Of a stretch of DNA of 64,000 nucleotides, positions 14,639 to 29,083 are shown in pieces (positions within the stretch are counted from its first letter, which is position 1; the number at the start of each line of letters is the position of its first letter). The notes under the pieces are model-generated. The model saw only the letters and a program-made list of their open reading frames with translations, was not told the origin of the DNA and did not search any database. A program made the translations under genes and the position numbers. The stretch comes from Neocallimastix sp. 'constans' (Eukaryota). Where the stretch lies: positions 1,426,001-1,490,000 of the forward strand of contig JBODTK010000013.1 of NCBI GenBank assembly GCA_050613775.1, read 5' to 3'.

Positions 14639-15197
14639 TCATAGTTTTTTTCGGTTCCATTTATCAGTTTGATAATAATTTTTCCAATTCCATGCATCTG
14701 TAAAATTTTGATCAATTTGATTCCATGTTTCTGTAAGATTATAATTTTTGGTATTCCATGCATCAGTTTGGTCATAATTTTTTTGATTCCATTCTTTAGT
14801 TAGGTCATAATTTTTTTCGTTCCATACTTCATCTTCTATCAACTGCGCTCTTGATATTGCAGTTTGACCGGCTTGAGATGCTGTATCAATTTTTTTTTAG
14901 ATTTACTTCTTTTACTTTTCTTTCCTGTTTCTTTAGCTACATCTTTTGCGGCTGATTCAATGGATTTTTTAGCTAGTTTTTTAGTAGCTTGTTTACAGAC
15001 ATATTTTCCTATTTGCTTAATTCCTTGTTTTATAAGAAACCTAGCACCTTGTTGAACCGCAAAATTCAAGTAAAATAGGAGTAAGGAGCAAGGAAAAATA
15101 TTCTTTTTTCTAAATGAGTTTGATTATTATATAAATTAATATTTTCATCTTCACTATTAACTAATACAAATAGTAACAACTCTAAAGATTTATACAT
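14639..15197 (-). pseudogene. Frameshifted secreted prepro-protein: signal-like peptide, acidic pro-region, KR site, cationic amphipathic segment, 11-aa Trp-Asn repeats
   Basis: ATG at 15197 reads MYKSLELLLFVLVNSEDENINLYNNQTHLEKR/IFFLAP; a frameshift leads into FAVQQGARFLIKQGIKQIGKYVCKQATKKLAKK; a second shift in an A9 run (~14890) joins KIDTASQAGQTAISRAQLIEDEV to repeats WNEKNYDLTKE/WNQKNYDQTDA/WNTKNYNLTET/WNQIDQNFTDA/WNWKNYYQTDK/WN. Confidence 0.6.
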
Positions 15198-16125
15198 AAA
15201 TACGTTAATGTTTACTGCTGGTAATGATATTTATGAACATATATTTGCAGTAAATGTCCCAGGTACAATAAATGGTATTGGAATTAACGCAGCCCATTTA
15301 TATCAATTAGATAATGAATTTGTATTACTTAATAAGATAGTTTCAAAAACTAATGATTATAAAATGTGCCAAAGGTCAGGAATTGTGCAAAAAAATAAAA
15401 AAGAGAAAATAGCTCTAGTGGTTCGTGTGTTAGCATCGTGAGTATATCATCGGATAAAAAAATATCGAGAGTAACTTAATTAATTCATTGAAATTATTTA
15501 AAGAAAAAAATATCGATAAAAAAAAAATATTTTTACCATACTATGATAATTATAATGATATTTCTAATCTGAAATATTTACACAATTATACTGAAAAAAT
15601 CACCGATGTTTGGAAAATATTATCTCAACTTTTTTGAAGAAATACAATAATAAATTTAGTGAAGAAGAAAGCGCTTCCTTTTATCATGAATTTCAATGGA
15701 TCTATTAAATGATATTAAAGCAATGTTATCAAAGTCGGAATATTTAAACAGTGTATATTTTTTGATTAATTTCGATGAAAATGACATTAAAAGTATGGAA
15801 CTAAACTTTAATAAAAATTATGAGAGACTCATTTAAAAAATTTTTGATATAATTACTACTGATGATGATGATGGTAATAAATTTGATTACTAATTATGAT
15901 ATGTATGATGATGAATCTGAATCTAGGAACAGTAGGTATATAAACTGATACACAATCTTAAATAAGTTGGTTAGCATAGTAAATCAAAATAATAATAATT
16001 TTAATATATGGAAAATATATTCAGAATTTAAGGAGAATTAATAAATAGGAATTTATCCATGGGATAATTGATTTGAAAGATTATCGCTTGAGGATACAAA
16101 ATATTTTATGAGGATCAACTGTTAT
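15124..16125 (+). pseudogene. Degenerate coding-like sequence of unknown family
   Basis: Open frame 15124-15441 (..MFTAGNDIYEHIFAVNVPGTINGIGINAAHLY..) followed by stop/frameshift-riddled protein-like segments (SEEESASFYHEFQWIY, INFDENDIKSMELNFNKNYERL); more complex than the flanks. Confidence 0.4.
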
Positions 16126-16159
16126 TTTATTTTTATATATAAATATATAGAATTTTTTA

Positions 16160-16197
<38 letters not shown>

Positions 16198-16267
16198 GTA
16201 ATAATAATAATTATAAAAATAGTAGGCTACTTGATTATAATTATGAAACATGATATTAGATTTAGAT

Positions 16268-16272
<5 letters not shown>

Positions 16273-16307
<35 letters not shown>

Positions 16308-16990
16308 CTAGGAATAAACTTTATTTAATAATATTATTTTAAAAAATACATGAAGTTTAAATACATGAAATTTTTTTTTTTTATATTAATATTAAAAAAC
16401 TACGTTATGAGATTCGAGGACGAAATGGCCTCTAACTCTTCCCATTCATCGAAGATAACTTCATGTGGATGAAAATTATCATTCGAATCTGTATCAGAAT
16501 TTCTTCTTTGCCTTATCGTTACGACGTCGACGCTCTTGACAACGGTAGGTCTAACACTATACAAATCGATCATGGTGTAAAAATCACCAATCACAATAGG
16601 CATAACGTTAGTAAGGAATTCCGCAAGCCCCACAAAATATTAAATCGGGAAAGAAGACTCGTTCGAAGGTGATTGAAAAATATTATTAATAAATCGCCTT
16701 CTTTCCCCCGAGCCGATCTTTAAGATTTCAAATACTGCATTTCCGCCAAGAAGGAGACACAGCACGTAAAAATTGATATTATCATCAAAATCTTCCTCTT
16801 TATCATCAGGAATGTTCAATGATTTCTCATGAACAATTAGAGAAAAATTAATAAAAATTTCATCAACAAAGGGAATGAAATGTTGCCTCAATTCTTCAAA
16901 TTTAGGACATAAAAGTATCCAGTGTGTAAAACTAGGTATGCTGTTACTCTCACCACAACAAGGGCAGTATGTTGGGCAATCTTTTTGTAT
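16273..16990 (-). mobile_element. LINE family B, 5'-truncated 3' fragment with poly(A) tail
   Basis: Reads QKDCPTYCPCCGES..FTHWILLCPKFEELRQHF..LLLGG.. (same knuckle as family A ORF2); one in-frame stop at 16640-16642; ORF ends at 16400; 3' end AATAAAGTTTATTCCTAGTCT followed by ~32 A (poly-T 16273-16304 on +). Confidence 0.9.
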
Positions 16991-17723
16991 TTTTTATTTA
17001 ATAAAATAAATATGTAAATGTATCATTAAAATTTATCTATTTTATTTTATTTTTTTTTTTTTAAAAAAAAAAAATCTATATATTACGATAAAAATTATTT
17101 AAAATAATGCTAAAAAAAAAAAAAAAAAATTAATTCCTTTTAGAAATTAAACCACTTAAAAATAAAGAAACACTTTAATCATTTAATTATTAAATCTCTT
17201 TCGTTTTTTTTTTTTTTTATATATATAATTTTATTATTTATATAATTTATATATTTTAAAAAAATTTTTTTTTTTTTTCTAAATATTTTTTATTCTAAAT
17301 TTTTTTTTTTTTTTTTTTTTTTTTATGTAAATAATAAAAAAATTTAGTATATATAATTTAAAATTAAATTGTATAGATTTTTTTTTTCTTAAAAAACTGA
17401 TTTATATAATAATTTTTTTTTTTAAAAAAGTATATTGACTGTATGTATATATTTATTATTATTATTTAAAATTTTACGTTTATTCGCTATAATACATTCT
17501 AATTTTTTGTTTTTCCTGTTATCATTTTTGATACTATACTTCACTTCTTTTTTTTTTTTTTTTTTTTAATACTTTTTTTTTTTCTTCTATTATATATGTA
17601 TGTCCTTTTATTTTTATTTTTTTTTTTTTAACAATATTTATTCTTTTATTTTATTTTATTCTTTTATTTATTTACTTATTTTATTTTCTATGTATTCATT
17701 TAATTTATCTAAAAGAGTTCCAC

Positions 17724-20700
17724 TTATAATTGACGGTGACGACCAACAGTTTCGGTAACAGTAATTTCACCAATATCTGGAATTTGTTTTGGAGCATCCT
17801 TCTTAGTTGGTGGTTCTAATAATCCGACCTTAATTAAGTAAGCAAGATACTTACCAACTAAACTCTTAACATTAACAACTGGAACATCAGTGTTGGCAAT
17901 AGCAGCACGAGTGTTATCATCATTTAAGGATGGTGACTTTGAAGAGTTTGGTAAATCGTCTAAGACAAAGTGTAATAATGGGAAGAGAGCATTGTCACCG
18001 GAGGATAAGGTCATGTTCATTAAGGCGTTACTCCATTCAACGTAACCAACAGTCTTAATATCATAACCGTGTAATTGCATTTCTTCAAAGATATCGTTGA
18101 AGCAAATTCTTGGAGTGTTCCACATATGGTAGACACGGTTTTGAAGCCACTTTTCTTGACTAGAAATTTGAACAATAGCGCCAGCAACATAATCGACTGG
18201 ACAAGTGTTAAGAGTGTTTTGAATATTTGGAGCTAACTTTAATTGGACACAACCAGTCATCATTCTAATAATGTAATCATCAGTGTTTAACATACCATTC
18301 TTGGTGTGACCAACAATATAACCTGGACGAATAACACAAGCTGGAACACCTCTTTCCTTAGCCTTGAAAATTAACTTTTCAGAGACCCACTTGGATTGAC
18401 CGTAACCATTACCTAAACCAGTACGAGAACCTTCTAAATCATCACTTTCCATGACAGCTCCCTTTTCAAAGGCAGCCATTTGAACGTAGTAATCGGTATC
18501 TAAGACACTAGTAGAGGAAACAAAGTAGAATGGCTTTAAGTGATCAGTGGTAGACATCTTTAAGCATTGAACAGTACTTAAAACATTGATAGCTCTTAAT
18601 TTGTTGTATGGGTAGACCCAGTGGACCATAGCACCATTGTGAATGATGAGATCAACTTCCTTACAGAGTTGAGCCCATTTATCAGCAGCAATACCAAGGT
18701 TTTCTTGAGATAAATCACCACAGACAGCAACAACATTGTTATTCTTTTCCCAGTCTTCATTCCAAGTCATGTAAGCAAGACCACTCTTCTTAACTCTTTC
18801 TAAGGCAAGTTCATCACTCTTAGCACGAACTAAACAGTAAACCTTAGCAGATGGGTTCTTTCTAAGGTAAGTAGCAAGAATGTTAGCACCTAAGAAACCA
18901 GTAGCACCAGTAAGGAATAAAGTAGCATTTTGTCCTGGGAACTTTAAGGCTGGAAGACCTTCAGCAGAAATCTTTGGATCATCAAGAACTTCAACATCAG
19001 CAGCATAATCAACAGTTTCTTCAGCAACTTCTTCAGTAGCCTTACCTTCAACATGTTGTTCTTCATTGTTTGGACCGAAGGTAGTGGATGAGACATTAAT
19101 ACCACGAAGGTGATCAATTTCATTGGCCATACCTCTAATGGTTGGAACCTTGAAGACAAAACCGAGTGGAATATCAACAGAGAAGGTGTTACGAAGTTGG
19201 AAGACTAAACGAGTAGCTAAGATAGAGTGACCACCAATATCGAAGAAGTTATCATCGATAGATAATTCACCTTGAACATTAATTAATTCAATCCAGATAT
19301 CGTAAATGGTCTTTTCAGTATCAGTCATATCCTTGGTAACATTTTCCTTCTTAGTAGCTGGTTGAGTTAATAAAGTATCTGGGAATGGTAAAGAGTTCTT
19401 ATCAATCTTACCATTTGGAGTTAATGGCATCTTGTTAAGACGGGCAAAGACACTTGGAATAGCATAGGAAGGTAACTTCTTCTTTAAGTAGTCACGAATA
19501 TTTCTAATTAAAACATTATCGTTTTCGTATTCACCCATAGCAACAAAGTAGGTAACAAGAGTCTTTTCTTCATTCTTATCTCTTCTAACTAAGGTAACAT
19601 TTTCACGAACATTTGGATGTTGAGAAAGGTGGGTATCAATTTCACCAAGTTCAATTCTGAAACCACGAATCTTAACTTGATCATCAGCACGACCAGTACA
19701 TTCAACATTACCATCGGCACGGTAACGACCTAAATCACCAGACTTGTACATACGATCACGTGGACCCTTGAAGAATGGTAAGTCCTTAGTAGCTGGAATT
19801 GGGTTTGGATTGAATTTATTTTGAAGGAATTTAGCTTTAGTAACTTCTGGTAACATTAAGTAACCTTCAGAAAGACCACTACTACGAACATAAATTTCAC
19901 CAACTTCACCAACACCACAAAGAAGACCAGCCTTGTTAACAACTAATAATTGGACATCCTTCATACCACGACCAGCTGGCATAATGTTCTTTTGTTGAGC
20001 GATGAAAGATGGGTTTTCAGTAACGGATGGAATCTTTAAGTAAGAGACAGCACGTTGAGTTTCAGTAGTACCATACATATTAATGATGGTAGTGTTCTTA
20101 GCTAAGTTTTGAAGACGCTTAATATCACGCTTAGTAAGGACATCACCGACGAAGAAAGCATTTCTTAAGGTTGGAATTGGAGCAACGGCATTAGCAGAAA
20201 GTAATTGACCCATAGCTGGGGTAAGGTGAGTAACAGTAATTTCATTTCTGCTCATCCATTCAGCAAGACGACCTGGAGTACCAATATCTTCGGCAGTTGG
20301 AACTAAAAGTTGAGCACCTAAGAAGATTGGAGTGAAAATATCACGTTGAATTGGATCGTGAGCAATACCACTTAAAAGAGTGAACTTATCCTTTTCACTA
20401 AGACCAAATTCTTCAGCCATCCATGGGTAGAAGTGAGTTAAAGAGAAATGTCTACCACGGACACCCTTTGGAATACCAGTACTACCACTAGTGAAAGATA
20501 AAGTACCAACACTATCTGGACCAATAATAACTCCTGGTTCCTTGGCTTCGTATTCATCACGAACACTATCGAAAATATCTTGACCATTTTCAATACCACC
20601 CTTTAAAACACCATTTTGGTCAAATTCTAAAGCTGGAATTCTAACAGTAATTTGAAGACCTTCCTTAATGTAATTTTCAACAATATCATTAAGAATACCA

Positions 20701-22364
20701 GCCTTCTTTAAAACAATAAGACCCTTTGGTTGGGCAACTTCTAAATAAATGTTTTGACGAGTTGGTGGGTAAGCTGGGTCTATTTATCATATATATATTT
20801 ATGGGAAAAAAAATTTTTTAATATAATAATAAATAAATAAAAATTAATTCCAATAATTTTTTAATTAATATAAATTATTTTTAATCTTTAATTTATAGTT
20901 CTACTATTTTTTTTTAATATTTTAAAATAAGCAATTCATATTTAAAAAAAATAAAATAAAATAAAATAAAATTAAAGTTTGGTATATATATTTTATTTAT
21001 TAAAAAAAATTTTATTTACCAATAACACTGAAAGTGGCACCGGCCTTTAAGACACCCATAATAGCAACAATAAGATCAACATCTCTGAAAGCGTAGATCA
21101 TAACAACATCTTCTCTTTGAATACCCTTAGCAAGTAAGTAGTTAGCAACAACATTAGCAGCAGCATTCATCTTTTTGTAGTTGTATTGCTTGATGCTACC
21201 ATCTTCGTAGGTTTGAGTAACGAAAACTCTGTCTCCAAATTCCTTTGCATTTCTAGCGAAGATATCAGTAATAGCACCTTCGAATTTTTCCCAGTGTAAA
21301 TCAGCAGTTGGATCTGGTAAAATTGGCTTAATTTCTTTAGTAACTAAAGAGTATTTGCTAATTGGAAGAGTTCTGTCTTCAGAAGCAGTAATAAGAACTT
21401 GTTGTAATTGATTAAGCATTTCAACAATTCTAGCTTCTTCGAATAAAGTAGAGTTGTAAGTAGCCTTAATATTAATTGGTAATATACGTCTTAAAGTTTG
21501 AGTTTGGGATATAGAGACGGTAAGATCACATGGGTTAGTAGAAGATTGTAAAGTTTCATCATTAATATCTGTAGCATTAAAGAATCTAACCTTGAAAAGA
21601 GATGGTTGAATAGTTTCATTTGGAACAGTAAAAGCTTCAACAATTTCACTGAATTTAATTTCATTTTCTTCGGCTTCTTGTTCAACCTAATTATATTTAA
21701 ATCACGTAATATTAATTTAATAATAAATACATTTTTTTTAATATAATTTTCTATACTTTTTAAAAAATTTTATATAATTTTTAAAACTCTTCAATTTAAA
21801 TTTTTAAATTTCAATAAAAATATATAAAAGAATATTCTAAAATTATAGATAAAACAATAGGTATCTCAAAAAAAAAAAAACAATAATAATAATAATCCCC
21901 TTTTGAATATTTAATATCTTTTGATACATCAATTATCAATTTTCTATAAAGCAATAACTAAAAAATAATATTATTTAAGAAATAAAAAAATTATTTACTT
22001 TTTCCATTTTTTCAATAATAGAATCTAAAGTATCTTCATCAGTAATTTGGAAACGTAAGACTAATGGATTACAAGAGTGAGAACTTGAACCAATAGTGAT
22101 ATCTTCTTCATTAACATACTTGTGAATTAAAACTGAAAAAGCAGCTAATAAGATAGTGAATGGACTACCTTGGAATTTATTGGTTGTTGGGTTGGTTGCA
22201 AGTTTGTAAATAGCATAGGAAACATTTTCTGGAAGTGAAATAGATTTAGTACTTTCGACAATCTTTAAAGGTAAAGATCTTGCATAATCAGTTGGAAGTT
22301 GAATATCAGTTAAATTGGATAAAGTTTTTTTCCAGTAATTTAATCTAGTATCGTGGTCAGCCAT
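17724..22364 (-). CDS. LYS2: L-2-aminoadipate reductase (A-T-R domains); exons 22364-21999, 21686-21020, 20779-17724
   Basis: GT..AG introns give a continuous frame including FSVIDPAYPPTRQNIYL, TLSFTSGSTGIPKG, YGTTETQRAVSY, YKSGDLGRY, QVKIRGFRIELGEID, the PCP motif FFDIGGHSI, and reductase motifs LTGATGFLG and GYGQSKWVSE. Confidence 0.97.
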
Positions 22365-25300
22365 TTTATATATATTAACTATTATATTATTATTTTAAAT
22401 TTAGTTATAAATATTTTAAATATAATATATATTTAAAATTATTATTATGTTTTATTGAAGATTTTGATTTATATAATTTCAAATGAATTAAAATTAAATA
22501 AGTGAATATGAATTTAGTTTTCCAAAAATATATACATATATTTATTTTGAATAAATAATAAATCATAATTAATTAATAATAATTAAAAATATATATATAA
22601 TATTAGTTAAATTAGTTATATTAAATTTAATATCTTTTATTAAATTATTTATTAATATTTCTAATGTATAAAAATATTTTATTTTTTATGGTGAAAAATG
22701 TATTTTTATTTCTCTTATTATTAATATTAATTCGTTTTTTAAATATATATTAAATAAATGTTAATAAAAAGTTAATAAAATAATATTTACGTTTATATTA
22801 TTGTAATTAAAAAAATCTATACATAAAAATTTGGTTTTATTAATTTAAATATATTTTATAAATAATATTTTTATTATACAAAGATAAAAAAAAATATTTA
22901 TTTATTTATATATTTATAAATATGTTTAATAGTTTATAACACTTTTCTTTTTATGTGCAGAGCAAAAAAAAAAAAAAAAAGTTAAGAAAATTTTTCACTT
23001 CTATAATAGTTTTAATGTAAATAAATTTCAAAACAATACACCAATCACATAAATAATAGATCATCTGTTTTAATACAAAAAAAATCTTTTATAGTTGGTA
23101 TTGGTATTAGAGATAATCTATTATTTAATTTTATATATATATTTTTTTTTACTGTATTATAAATATTATAAAATAAATATTATAAATACTAATTAATATT
23201 AAAATAAAATAAAAAAAAAAATTATTAAATATTAAATTAACTAATTAGTATATTAGATATTATACATATATAAATATAATATATTAAACATATATATGTT
23301 AAATAGTTTTTTATATAATTTTTATGATAATTAAATTATAATAAATATTTATTATTAAAAATAATATATTTATTTATTATTTCTAATTTATTTTATAATA
23401 TATTAAAAACAATTTATTATTATCATATTCAATAGATTTATATATTATTTTTTTAATATAAAAAATCGATGGTAAAAAAAAAATATATCATTTATAATAA
23501 TCTATTTTTTAATTACAATTAATACTTAATTTTTAATTCTTTTTTATTATCTTTTAATAATAAAATAGAAGATTGACACATCATTTTAACTAAATTATGA
23601 ATAATTTATTTATTATATATTTATATAATACATCATTTATTCATTAAAATAAAATAATATAAATTACTCTGTATATAGTATATGAAAAAAATACAGAATA
23701 GAAAAAGAAATTTATATTAATCTAAAAATCTTTCTAAAATTACTTTTTAATTTTTATGTAACAAAATGTAATTTTTAAATAATTAAGTTAAACTAAACGT
23801 CATTTACAGGTGCTTTTAATAAAAGTAATTTATTAATGGTGTAAAAATTGACGAATAATAAAAAGAATATTTAATATGCTCAATTTTTTATAAAAAAGAA
23901 TGATAAATTAAAAAAATTGAGTTTCCGGTAAATTCTGCATTTCCTTTTTTTTATTTAATAATTAAAAGGTCAGTTGCATTTGCAGAATATATTCAACATT
24001 TGTTTATTAAAATTTATTAAAATTTAATTCTTAAATTTTTAATTAAATTGTTTTATTATAATAATAGTAATAATTTTATTTATTGATTATTTATTTATTT
24101 ATTTTTTTTTTTTTTTTTTGATTTTTTTTTTTTTTTTTTTTGATTATATATTAGATTTTATCTACTTTAAAAAAATAAAATTAAATAAAATAAAATAAAA
24201 TAAGAATTTTTAGCAATAATTGAAAATTAAGTATTAAAATGAATTATTAGTTAAATATTTGGTTGAACTTAAAGTTTATATAAATGAGAAATTTAAGTTT
24301 AGTGAAACTTTATTATTTTTAGTTTATAAAAGTGGAAATAAAGCGTAAAATACAATAGTAAAATATTTAGTTGAACTTGTAAGTTGATATAAATAAAGAA
24401 AAGAAAAATGATGACATATTATTCTCTATTTATATATTTATAAAATTTAAATAATGTACAAATTAAAATATTTTATTTGATACAAAAAATAATAATAATA
24501 GTTATATAAATTATTTTACTATAAAAAAAAAGGAAGAAAGAAAGAAAGAATTTATAATTATAAAAATAAATTAATCAAAATGCCTATAGTAATTGAAATA
24601 TCTAAAATTTAAAATTTTATTATTAAAAGAATTTTTAATACTAATAGCTATTAATACAGAATGACCTCATTTTAAATTATTTTTCTAACATGACAAGGAA
24701 TTATTAAAAGTAGAGTCTTTCTTCTAAACCAATTCTATTTTATAAATTGGAAAAATCATTTTATTTGTATTAATTATGTGCATAAAAATGTACTATTCGT
24801 AAATGTAATAAAAAAAGTTTTATTTTATCTTTATTATTATATATATATATATATTAATACTTTTAAATGGAATAATATTATATTTTTTAGTATTTTTATT
24901 CAATTATAATATCTTTAATTATATATATAATTATTTAATTTTAAAATATGTAATTAAAAAACTTTTTATCTTTTAAAATTTTATAATAATTTATTTATAT
25001 AAAAGTATCAAACAAAAGGTTTTATTGACTTTGAATAAAAAAATAGAAAAAAAAATGCATTTTATTATTAATATGAATTTCCTTCTAAATATTATTAATT
25101 ATTATTACATAAAGTAATATACCAAAAATAAAATAAAAAAATTTAAATTTTAATGTAATACTTTTCAAATTTAATTATGATAATTATTTTTTTCTTTTAT
25201 AAATTAGAAATAAATTTGGAATCATTATTTAAAAATATTCCAAATTTTTAACATTTATTTACACCTAGTTTACCTTTACAAATATTAAATTTAAAAAGTC

Positions 25301-26146
25301 CTTTTTTTTTATATTCTTTTTAAAAGAATATAAAAACAAAAATGTTTTATATAAAATTTTTTTTTTTTTTTTAAAAATAAATTAAAAAAAAATCATATAT
25401 AAAATATTATATATTTTTTAATTTATATATATATTATATGATATTTATTTATTATTATAATTATTATTTTTATTTTTAATTGATATATAAAATAGATTGG
25501 TATATTTTAGTTCATTATTATACTATGTTATCATATATTTTATTATTTTAAAAAGTAAATATATGCATAGAAAAACTCGAATAATATTGGATATTAAATT
25601 TTGTAATAGTTTATATGAAAAATTGAATAATATAAAAAAATAATATTTTATAATTTCTCAAAATAATTTTATTTTATAATATATTGAAAATTTTGAAATT
25701 TCATATATACTTTAAAAAGAATATAAATATAATATTTTAATATTTATATTATCATTTAGCAATTGTTGAAGCACGATTTCTTCCGTAACTATGAGTTGTA
25801 CTATTATTAATAATATATTATATATATTTAAATTTTTATAATCCATAGGAATATGAATAATATATATTAATCCACATAGAAAAAAATTATTTTATATACA
25901 ATATATAAATTAATTAAAATAAATAAGATATATCATAATATAATTAATATAATTTAAATATAAAATATAAAAATAATAATAATGATATTTAAAGAATAAT
26001 ATTCTTTATTACTGTATATTCCAGTTAATTTTTAATAATCATTCTTTTTTTTTCTTTATTAGTATTAATTTATTATTTATATACATATTTTTTATTTAAC
26101 CTTTATATTTTTTCTTATTTTTAATTTATTTATCAATTAAATGTAT

Positions 26147-26206
<60 letters not shown>

Positions 26207-26280
26207 ATTTTTATTAATAAATTTAATATATTTAATCTATTTTATTAATTTCAATCAACATTTTTTAATAAAAATTATAT

Positions 26281-27019
26281 TCAATTAACTCTATTTATTA
26301 TAAAATACTATTATAGGCATCAAAAAAAATATAAATAAAAAAAAAATTATGTTTTTATAACATACCCGACTTTTCTTTTTCCAGCACTAGATGGAGCTTT
26401 TTGTTTACTAGTATCGTTATCATTTCCTAGAAAATCATAAATTATTAATATTTAAAATTTTCAAAGCTCTAAATTTTTATAAATATTATTTTAAATATAT
26501 ATATACCTGATCTTTTTTGCCTTGATTTACCAGATGATATGACAGTAAATTTCATCTTCTCTGGAATTTGGTTTAATAATGGAGAATAAGTAGTAGGAGT
26601 ATCTTCTTCTCCTGTTGTTTATAGTTTATATTATTATTTTTTTTTATTTATTTTAATGTATTTATTTATTGATATATTTTTGATTTTTGTTTAGTTTTAA
26701 CAATATATAAATACATTTAACATATATATATATATATGGACAATTTGAAATTTTCAATTATTTTTTAATCATTTTATTTATTAACATAAAAAATAACAAG
26801 TACCTTCTATTATCTTAACTAATATATATGAACGGCGTTCTATAATATGATAATCGATAATTTTTTTTTTATTTATATATCCATAATAATTTTTATTCAT
26901 ATTGAAATTGGAATATATAAATAATTTGTTATAAAATTATCATCCATTCGTGTATAATATATATTAAACATGTGATAATAAATTTTGTCAATAATATTAT
27001 AATTCTTTTATTAATAAGA

Positions 27020-27063
<44 letters not shown>

Positions 27064-27474
27064 ATAGAATAAAATATACCATCCAAATATTTTTTTGCAT
27101 ATTCTTTTCCATGATTTGCTAAATCTACCACTTCCCCTGATTCTGTTGCTAAATCAACTTGATATGCCTCTTCATCAAACCCACAACTTATTTTTATAAA
27201 AGATAAAAGTACTGAAGAAATACAATTTGGATTAAATATTTTTTCACTGTTATCACCATACTTTACTATTATTTAATAAAATTATTAATTCAAAATTGAT
27301 TATAATATATAAATATTATATATATATAGTTTATATATTAATTATTTTTTATTCAATAGTATAATGATCTTAATAATATTGGATCATTGTTAAAATTATT
27401 CATTAATATTTATTAGAAATATATCATAATATTATTCTTATTTTTTTTTTTTCATTACCCGTTATATATGACAT
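26281..27474 (-). CDS. CXorf65/C22orf15-like small protein (putatively flagellar); exons 27474-27459, 27265-27080, 26839-26804, 26611-26507, 26426-26366, last exon uncertain
   Basis: Phase-consistent GT..AG splicing gives MSYITVKYGDNSEKIFNPNCISSVLLSFIKISCGFDEEAYQVDLATESGEVVDLANHGKEYAKKYLDERRSYILVKIIEGEEDTPTTYSPLLNQ.., matching the pattern I recall for CXorf65 (KHGDN..N.NC..LL..I..DL..EYASKYL..R..Y..K..PLL). Confidence 0.8.
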
Positions 27475-27674
27475 TTTTCAATATTCATATATTATAGCAA
27501 AAAATTTTTTAGTTTCTAAATTGTATTTAAAAAAAATATTGTACTAAACTTATAATAAGATAAAAAAAAAATAAAATAAAAATAAAATAAAATGAAATAG
27601 TTTGAAATTACTATTAAGATTTATTAGTAATAAGATACAAATTATTACTGTACAAAGTTAAATAATAGTTGTTA

Positions 27675-27732
<58 letters not shown>

Positions 27733-28739
27733 ATTATTAACTGTATATTTAATATACAATTGTAATAATTTTAATTATTTTAATGTAATTTATTGATTAT
27801 TAAAATACATTTATACATAAAAGTTAAAATATAAAAAGGAGATATTTATTTAAAATTATTATATTAATATTATTAATCAAAATTTTATTTATAATTATAT
27901 ACGAAATTAATCTTTTAAAGATTTTTAATTCTAAATAATAATGTATATATAATATTATAATATATGTTTTTATTAAATATAATTCTTTGTAGAAATAATA
28001 AAAAAATTTTAATTAAATATAAAGATAATTAAATTTAATAAAACAATAAAAAAAAAAAAAAAAAAAAATCATTAATTATATGATTATTATTACCTTCCTA
28101 AATATTATTATTTTATATAATTCAAATATTGGTTGCTTTAATAAAATGAATTGAGACATAAAAAAAAAAAATTATATTACCTTAATAAATTTTACATATT
28201 TATGTTAATTATGAGTAATGAAAAAATTGTCTCACAAGTACTAAAATTATAAATAAAGTTTTTAGACTCTTCAGCAACATAATTTAATATTTCTATTCAT
28301 TATAATTTTAAAGACAATCTATTAATTTATTTGACTTGAATCTATATATAATATTTTCATTATGATCAGAATACCAATATGCTTTATAATAATTAATATA
28401 TTTACTAGTTTTTATTTTAGTACAATTTTTTATAGTTAATTTATATTAAATATTACTAAAATATTTATTATTATTTATTACTATTATTATTTATTTATTA
28501 TTTATTAACATTAATATTTATTTATTATTTATTATTTATTAATTATTATTATATATTATTATTAATTTTGTTAATTTGGAATAGAAACAAAAAAATATTG
28601 TATAGATTAAAGTTATTTATAAAATTTAATTGTTTCTAAAACAGTAACCAATATTATCTATATATAAAATAAATATATATTAACTCCAGATATTACCTTC
28701 GATTATTTATCTATTTATCTATAAAAATATTGATATAAT

Positions 28740-29046
28740 AAAAAATGATGGTGAATCAATTTCAGTTCAAACCTTTGGTTGTTCATATTATACTGTATCC
28801 AGTAAAATTCATACTAATACAAAGTATTATTACACCGTTCATAAATTATTATATAGAATTCCACAATTGTTGACAATAAAAAATTTCATAGATTTTCCAG
28901 TGGTTCAAAAATCAATATAAACAATGTTGAATGGACTAAGGTCTAATAATCTATGTTCAAATAAAAAGTATTAATCATGAAATTCTTCGCAAAATCATAA
29001 CTAAAAATAATAAACAAAGTTCAAATAGTCCATAAATTATTGACAC

Positions 29047-29083
<37 letters not shown>

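Noticed and set aside
17724..22364. NRPS-like secondary metabolite gene
   Set aside because: Domain order and motifs identify primary-metabolism Lys2; no tailoring genes nearby.
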